A stretch of DNA of 64,000 bases from Cyanophora paradoxa CCMP329 (taxonomy: Eukaryota > Plantae > Glaucophyta): NCBI GenBank assembly GCA_004431415.1, contig QPMI01000468.1:62001-126000 (forward strand). The letters run 5' to 3'. This document shows positions 59,086 through 64,000 of this stretch, piece after piece; the first letter of the stretch is position 1, and the number at the start of each line of letters is the position of its first letter. Position numbers and translations under genes: made by a program. The notes beneath the pieces are model-generated. The model was not told where the DNA came from, ran no database searches, and saw only the letters and a program-made list of their open reading frames with translations.

Positions 59086-59345
59086 CACGGCCCGGCGCCC
59101 CGGCCGTGCGCTCCGCGCGCGAATCGCGCGCCGCCGCGCGCGGCGCTGTATCGGCTTGGGTTTATGATGATTTATGATCGCGCCACTATGTTCTTTAATT
59201 TATGACGTGCCATCGAGCTCCGAAGACGGGGCGGGCCGGCGCGGGTTCTCGTGGGGCGTTGCAGTTGGGCCGAAACCTCCTACCGGTACCCAGCTGCAGG
59301 CCAGTCATCGAACAGCCCATAAGCTCGACTCACACAGCCGCCGCC

Positions 59346-59682
59346 ATGTCGGACCACTCCGCTCGCGATACCTGCGACGTTTCCATCCAGCAGGCGCCGA
59401 TTTGCGACCCCCCGCACTGCCGGACTCTTGTTCCGTGGGCCAACAAGGCGAGCCTCGCCTACTTCCGCAGGTCGCTTCTCGACGAGTCCCAGCAGGTTCG
59501 AAATCCTTCCCAGCGCTGCGCCGCGGCGTCTGAATGCGCCGGCGCAGGACGTGGAGGAGGTCTCCGCGGCACTTACTTGTGACGCGCTTGCCGTCGAGTC
59601 CGGCGCGGCCGCGGGCGACGCCGATCTGCTGGTCGACTGCGCCGAGCTCGAAATCGAGGAGGTGGAGCTCGCTTTCCTGTAA
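59346..59682 (+). CDS. Small two-exon hypothetical protein with acidic C-terminus
   Basis: ATG in GCCATG context. GT-AG intron 59496-59547 joins DESQQ to DVEEV...EIEEVELAFL*. Confidence 0.5.
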
Positions 59683-60177
59683 GCCCAGCGCGGCGTTTTC
59701 CTGTTGGCGTGGTGGGCCCTGGCCTCTCGCGAGCCCAGCCTAGGGGGCGGCCCCGAGCCCTGGGGCGGCCTCGGTTCCTTATTTGAAGTTATAATATGCA
59801 ATAATTAGGTGAAAGCGACCCCGCCGAGCCCGCCGCGCATTTAACAGCCGAAGCGGCTTAAAGAGCCGTGACGTCGACGTCGCCCGCGGCACGAGTGTAC
59901 ATGTGCGCAACGGAGGGAAAGCACGTCGAAAGACATAAATAGCACATTCCGGATTTCGGAAACCTTTTTGTCGGCCGTGGGCGACCGAGCCGGGTCTGTT
60001 CGGCCACTGGAGCTCCCAGCTGCAAATGCAGCATGCACATCCCCGACCGGAGCCTTGACCCGCGAGTAACCCGATACAAAGATGCTGCTGTCCTATTTTC
60101 AAACATTATGATGGCTAGGGGAAACAAACGCTTCGACTGAGGGGCTAGAGGCGACCCGCGGGCGCGGGGCGAGGTGC

Positions 60178-61563
60178 CTACAGCAGGTCTGCGGCGCGGC
60201 GGCGTCAGCCGAGCCAAGAGGGAGAGCGGGAAGGAGAGGAATGAGGGCGGACCGACGACGCCCTCGAGCCAGACACGGAGCTTCTGGAGCTCGGTCGAGA
60301 CGGAGAGGTCCAGCCGCTGGTTGCCGATCTGCACGACCAGGCCCCCGATGAGGCTCGCGTCGACCTGCACGCGGCCAGGCACGGTCAGCGGCGGTTTCCC
60401 CGGGGCGGGCGCGACAAGGAGGGCGGGGCGGGGCGGGGCGGGGCGGGGCGCACGGCCGACTCGATGCGGAAGGCCTGCCCGCCGAGCAGCTCCTTGAAGT
60501 TGCTCTCGATGACGCGCTTCACGGCGTCGTCCATCGGCTGCGCGCGCGCGCGGCCCCGCGTGAGACCAGCGGCGGAGGGAGGGAGGTCAACGGCGGTCTA
60601 GCGGCGGTCGGGCACGGAGGAGATGGTGGGGCAAGGAGCGGGAAGAGGAAACGAAAACGTCGCCGGCTTCGGGCCCAGGGTCTCTAAGAGCGGAAAGCCT
60701 CCTGAACAGTTCCTGCGCCGGCGCACCTTGGCGGTCGTGACGACGATTTCGATCTCGCCCTTCTCGGCCTTCGCCACGGCGTTGAAGGTGTCAATAACCT
60801 GGAGCGCAATATCCAGGCGCCCGGACGACGCGACGACGCCTGCAAGCCCGATAAGGACCACGAATGACTACGGGGCAAAAGCCGGGACGCACTGAGGAAG
60901 GACGCGGTCACGGGGTTGAACTTCTCGGAGAGCTTCGCCAGGTCATTCTTCTTCTGCTGGCGGGTGATGGTGGGGTCCTCGAGGTAGCGGGCGAGCTTGG
61001 CGTTGGACTTCACGGCAGCGGCGAAGGCTGCGAGGTCCTTGGTGACCTGCCGGGCGGGCGCGGCGTTTAGCTGCGGCACTGTCGTCAACGCCGACGCCTG
61101 GCGGACCGCATCGATAGCCTTCTGCTTCTCTGCCGCAGAACGAAGAGCCTGCGCATAGCGAGCAGCCGCGCCGTACTGCTTCATCGAGCCCTGCCGGCGC
61201 GCACGGCTTGGCCCGCGGCGGCACGCGAGCTGCGGGGCAGGCGAACCGACGCCAGCTTCGCATCCTTAGGGATCTTGAACTTGCTGGTGTCAGACATGGG
61301 CGTGATGATGCGCTTCTTGATCAGCTCGCGCATGTTGTCCTGCGTGATCCGGTGAGACTGGTTCCCCGACATCGCGCGGCGCTCATGCGGCGAGGACTCA
61401 CCGCAACCTGATCGAAGGACTCCGGCGCGGTGGCCATGCCCTGGGCGAGTAGCGTCAGCCGAGGGTCGGCGCCCCGAAAGAGCACCCGAGCGGGCAGAAA
61501 GGCCCGCCCTATCGCCTAAGCAACCCGGCGAACCCGGCGGAGGATCTTCGCGACGCCGGCCAT
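60178..61563 (-). CDS. ATP5PO: Mitochondrial ATP synthase OSCP (delta-family) subunit
   Basis: YGAAARYAQAL, YLEDPTI..QKK, PVTASFL, GEIEIVVTTAKPM, VDASLIGGLVVQIGNQRLDLSVST; basic presequence MAGVAKILRR. Confidence 0.9.
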
Positions 61564-61766
61564 CTTCTCCGTTCCCGAACTGTGGCTACCCCTCCGCCGA
61601 CCCCACCCCCCCCCTTGAGACGCGCTTCGCGCGTGGACTCGCTGGGAGCACCAAGGCGCCTCGAAGCTTGTCACACGAGTGCACGTAAGCGAGCCCGCCC
61701 AGCGCTGACACTGCCTGCCGCCGAACCGCCCGCAGACGCACACGCCCTGCCGACGCCGACGCCCTG

Positions 61767-64000
61767 ATGTTCGGAAAGCTCGCCTCCATCTCGAAGGCGG
61801 TCGGCCAGGTGCATCTGCCGCGCACAGGATGGTTTAGCTGGAATGACATGTCCCATCGAATTGCAGATTACGAAAGACGTGTTAGCCGACGAGCCAGACG
61901 AGGATGAGCTGTCCGACCTCGAGCGCGAGGAGCAGCAGAAGCCTTCGAAGCCCGCGCCGGCAGCGCCGGGTTCCGTCGGGGCCGAGCAGAACAGGAGCGA
62001 AACTTCGGAGCTGAGGGAGCGCCTCCGCGCGTCGGAGGAGCATGTTCAAAAACTCAGCAGGGAGTATGGCAAGCTGCTCACTGAGAAGGAGGTGAGCCGG
62101 CGACGCGAGCCCGCCCGGACGCGCCAGCGCGGACACGCCGCCCGCGCAGCGCGAGATTACGGGGCTCAAGCAGGAGCGCGACAAGCTGAAGGAGCAGCGG
62201 GATCAGTCCGGCCGAGCAGTCGCCAGCAAGTCTCCGACGTCGGAAGGAGACTGGCAAACCGACAGCGCTCTCGCCAACGGGTGCAGGCGCGCCGCGGGGC
62301 GGCGGGCGGCGCTCCGCTGAGAGCTGCGCCGGCGCAGGCTGGAGTCGTCGCTGGAGGCGGCGGAGGCGGAGATCGACCGGCTGTCGAGCCTGCTGAGCAA
62401 GGCGGAGGAGGAGATCAAGCGGCTGCGGGAGGCCGCGGGGGACAGCGTCATCGTCCAGGAGCTCAAGGTGCTCGCGCCCGAGGAGGCGGCGCCGCCGGGG
62501 CGGCCCGGCGCTGAGCCAGGGCGCAGGCGCGGCTGGAGCGCGAGGCGGCGGAGCGGCAGAAGGAGGTTGACAGCCTCGCGGACCACTTCAGGGAGCAGCT
62601 CAAGCTCCACCAGGCCGCCTCCTCCCACAACCGTGCGCCCGCCCAAACACGCACGTCGTTGCGGGGCGGCGGGGCGGCCGAGCGGCGGGGGCGCAGAGGA
62701 GGCGGAGCTGGCGCGGCTGGAGGCGGAGGACGCGAAGAACAGGCAGGTCATCGGCGAGCTGCGCGAGGAGCTCGAGCGCCTCAGGGGCGAGCTCGAGGGC
62801 CGCGACAAGGTCCGCCGCGCCGCGCCGCGCCGCGCTGTGCCCGGCGGCGTCGCCGACGGCCGGCGCGGGGCGCAGGCGCACGTGGCGCTGGAGCGGAAGC
62901 TGGCGGACGAGGAGGAGCGCGTGCGCCGCCTCAAGCAGGTCCGCCCCGCCCGCCCTTCGCCGGGACACGAGCCGGCCCCGAGCCGGCCCCGCAGCAACTG
63001 GACATCGCGTGCTCGGCTGCGCCGGGCGGCGGGGCGGCGTCGGGCTCGGGCGGGGCGGCGCCGAAGGAGGCGACGGCGGGCTGGGAGGCGCTGCGGCAGC
63101 TGCTGGAGCCGGCGTTCCCGCAGCTGATGCGCCCCGCCGGCGGCTCGGTCAGCGAGGAGGCGGAGGCGCTCGGCATCTCGCCCCTCGTCCTCACCATCGA
63201 GCGCATCAAGGGTCCGCCGCCCCGCCCGCCACGCCCCGCCCGCCCACCGCCCGGGGCGCGCGCCGAGGGGGCCGGGGCGGCGCAGCGACGGTGCAGCACG
63301 CGGTGATGGAGCGTGAGGGTTTCGAGGAGGAGAAGGGCCGCTGGAACGAGGAGGCGCACCAGTGGCAGGCCGAGGTCGACCGCCTGAACGAGACCGCCGA
63401 GGGGGCCCGCAAGGAGCTCGACAAGGCGAAGCAGGAGGCGGAGCGGGCCCGGCAGGAGGCCGAGCGCGCCCGCGCCGCCGCCGACTCGGAGGCCGACAAG
63501 GAGCGCAGCGCGGCCGAGGTCGAGGTCGAGCGGCTCAGGTGAGGCCCGCCCCGCCGCGCGCCCGCGGGCCGCGCCGACGGCCGGGGCGCAGGGGCCGCGA
63601 GCGGGAGCTGCAGGCGCACGTCGAGGCGCTGCAGGTCCGCCCGGCCCCTCCCGCCCCCGCGCTTGGCTGAGTCATCGGCAGCTGCAGCTGCAGTCCGCGA
63701 GCGCCGCGCCGGCGGAGGGCGCCGGCGGCCGTGACGCGGCGCTAGCGAAGGCGCAGGAGGGTGCGCCGGGGCGGGCGGGCGCGGGGGCGGGCGGGGGCGG
63801 CGGGCGGCTGAGCTGGCGGGCGGACGGCGGGCGGCAGACGTGCGGCGGCTGCTGTCGGCGAAGGGCGAGCTGGAGGCGGCGAACGCGGAGCTGCAGGACG
63901 AGGTGCAGAAGCTGCAGGCGGAGGTCCGACGCGTGGCCGGCATGGGCGCCGAGGAGGGCGGGGCCCGGGACCCGAGGCCGAGGCCCACCTCCGCGCCGAG
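61767..64000 (+). CDS. Long coiled-coil golgin, GMAP-210/TRIP11 (plant GC3/GC4)-like; 3' truncated by the window
   Basis: Spliced N-terminus MFGKLASISKAVGQITKDVLADEPDE and ASEEHVQKLSREYGKLLTEKE resemble the remembered GMAP-210/GC4 N-terminal motifs. The diagnostic GRAB domain would lie beyond the window. Confidence 0.6.

Noticed and set aside
1-64000. tRNA, rRNA or spliceosomal snRNA genes
   Set aside because: None recognised by eye. A covariance-model scan would be needed to exclude them.

Overview
Eukaryotic nuclear DNA from a GC-rich, flagellated protist whose genes are split by many short (~45-80 nt) introns, so most ORFs in the six-frame track are artefacts. The intron style resembles a Cyanophora-like alga, but this is an untested inference. 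Bases 1-~2500 are the AT-rich, intron-free right end of a probable integrated DNA virus (Polinton-like virus/virophage type), with two paralogous fibre-like genes, a small ORF and a modular non-coding terminal region. Bases ~3000-13300 are rearranged: a RING E3-ligase gene, a RING-less duplicate of it, and between them non-LTR retrotransposon pieces (RNase H; polyadenylated 3' end) plus a small heptad-repeat protein gene. The rest holds host genes: a ~25-repeat ankyrin protein, a putative DNA-binding/TPR protein, CPLANE1 (with a perfect 27-bp hairpin in one intron), a SUMO-like-domain protein, TMEM138, a CBS-domain protein, a beta-helix protein, an IRE/Rim15/Greatwall-type kinase, a METTL25-family methyltransferase, ATP synthase OSCP and the start of a GMAP-210-like golgin. 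Gene boundaries come from splicing by eye. Family calls come from remembered motifs, not database searches.
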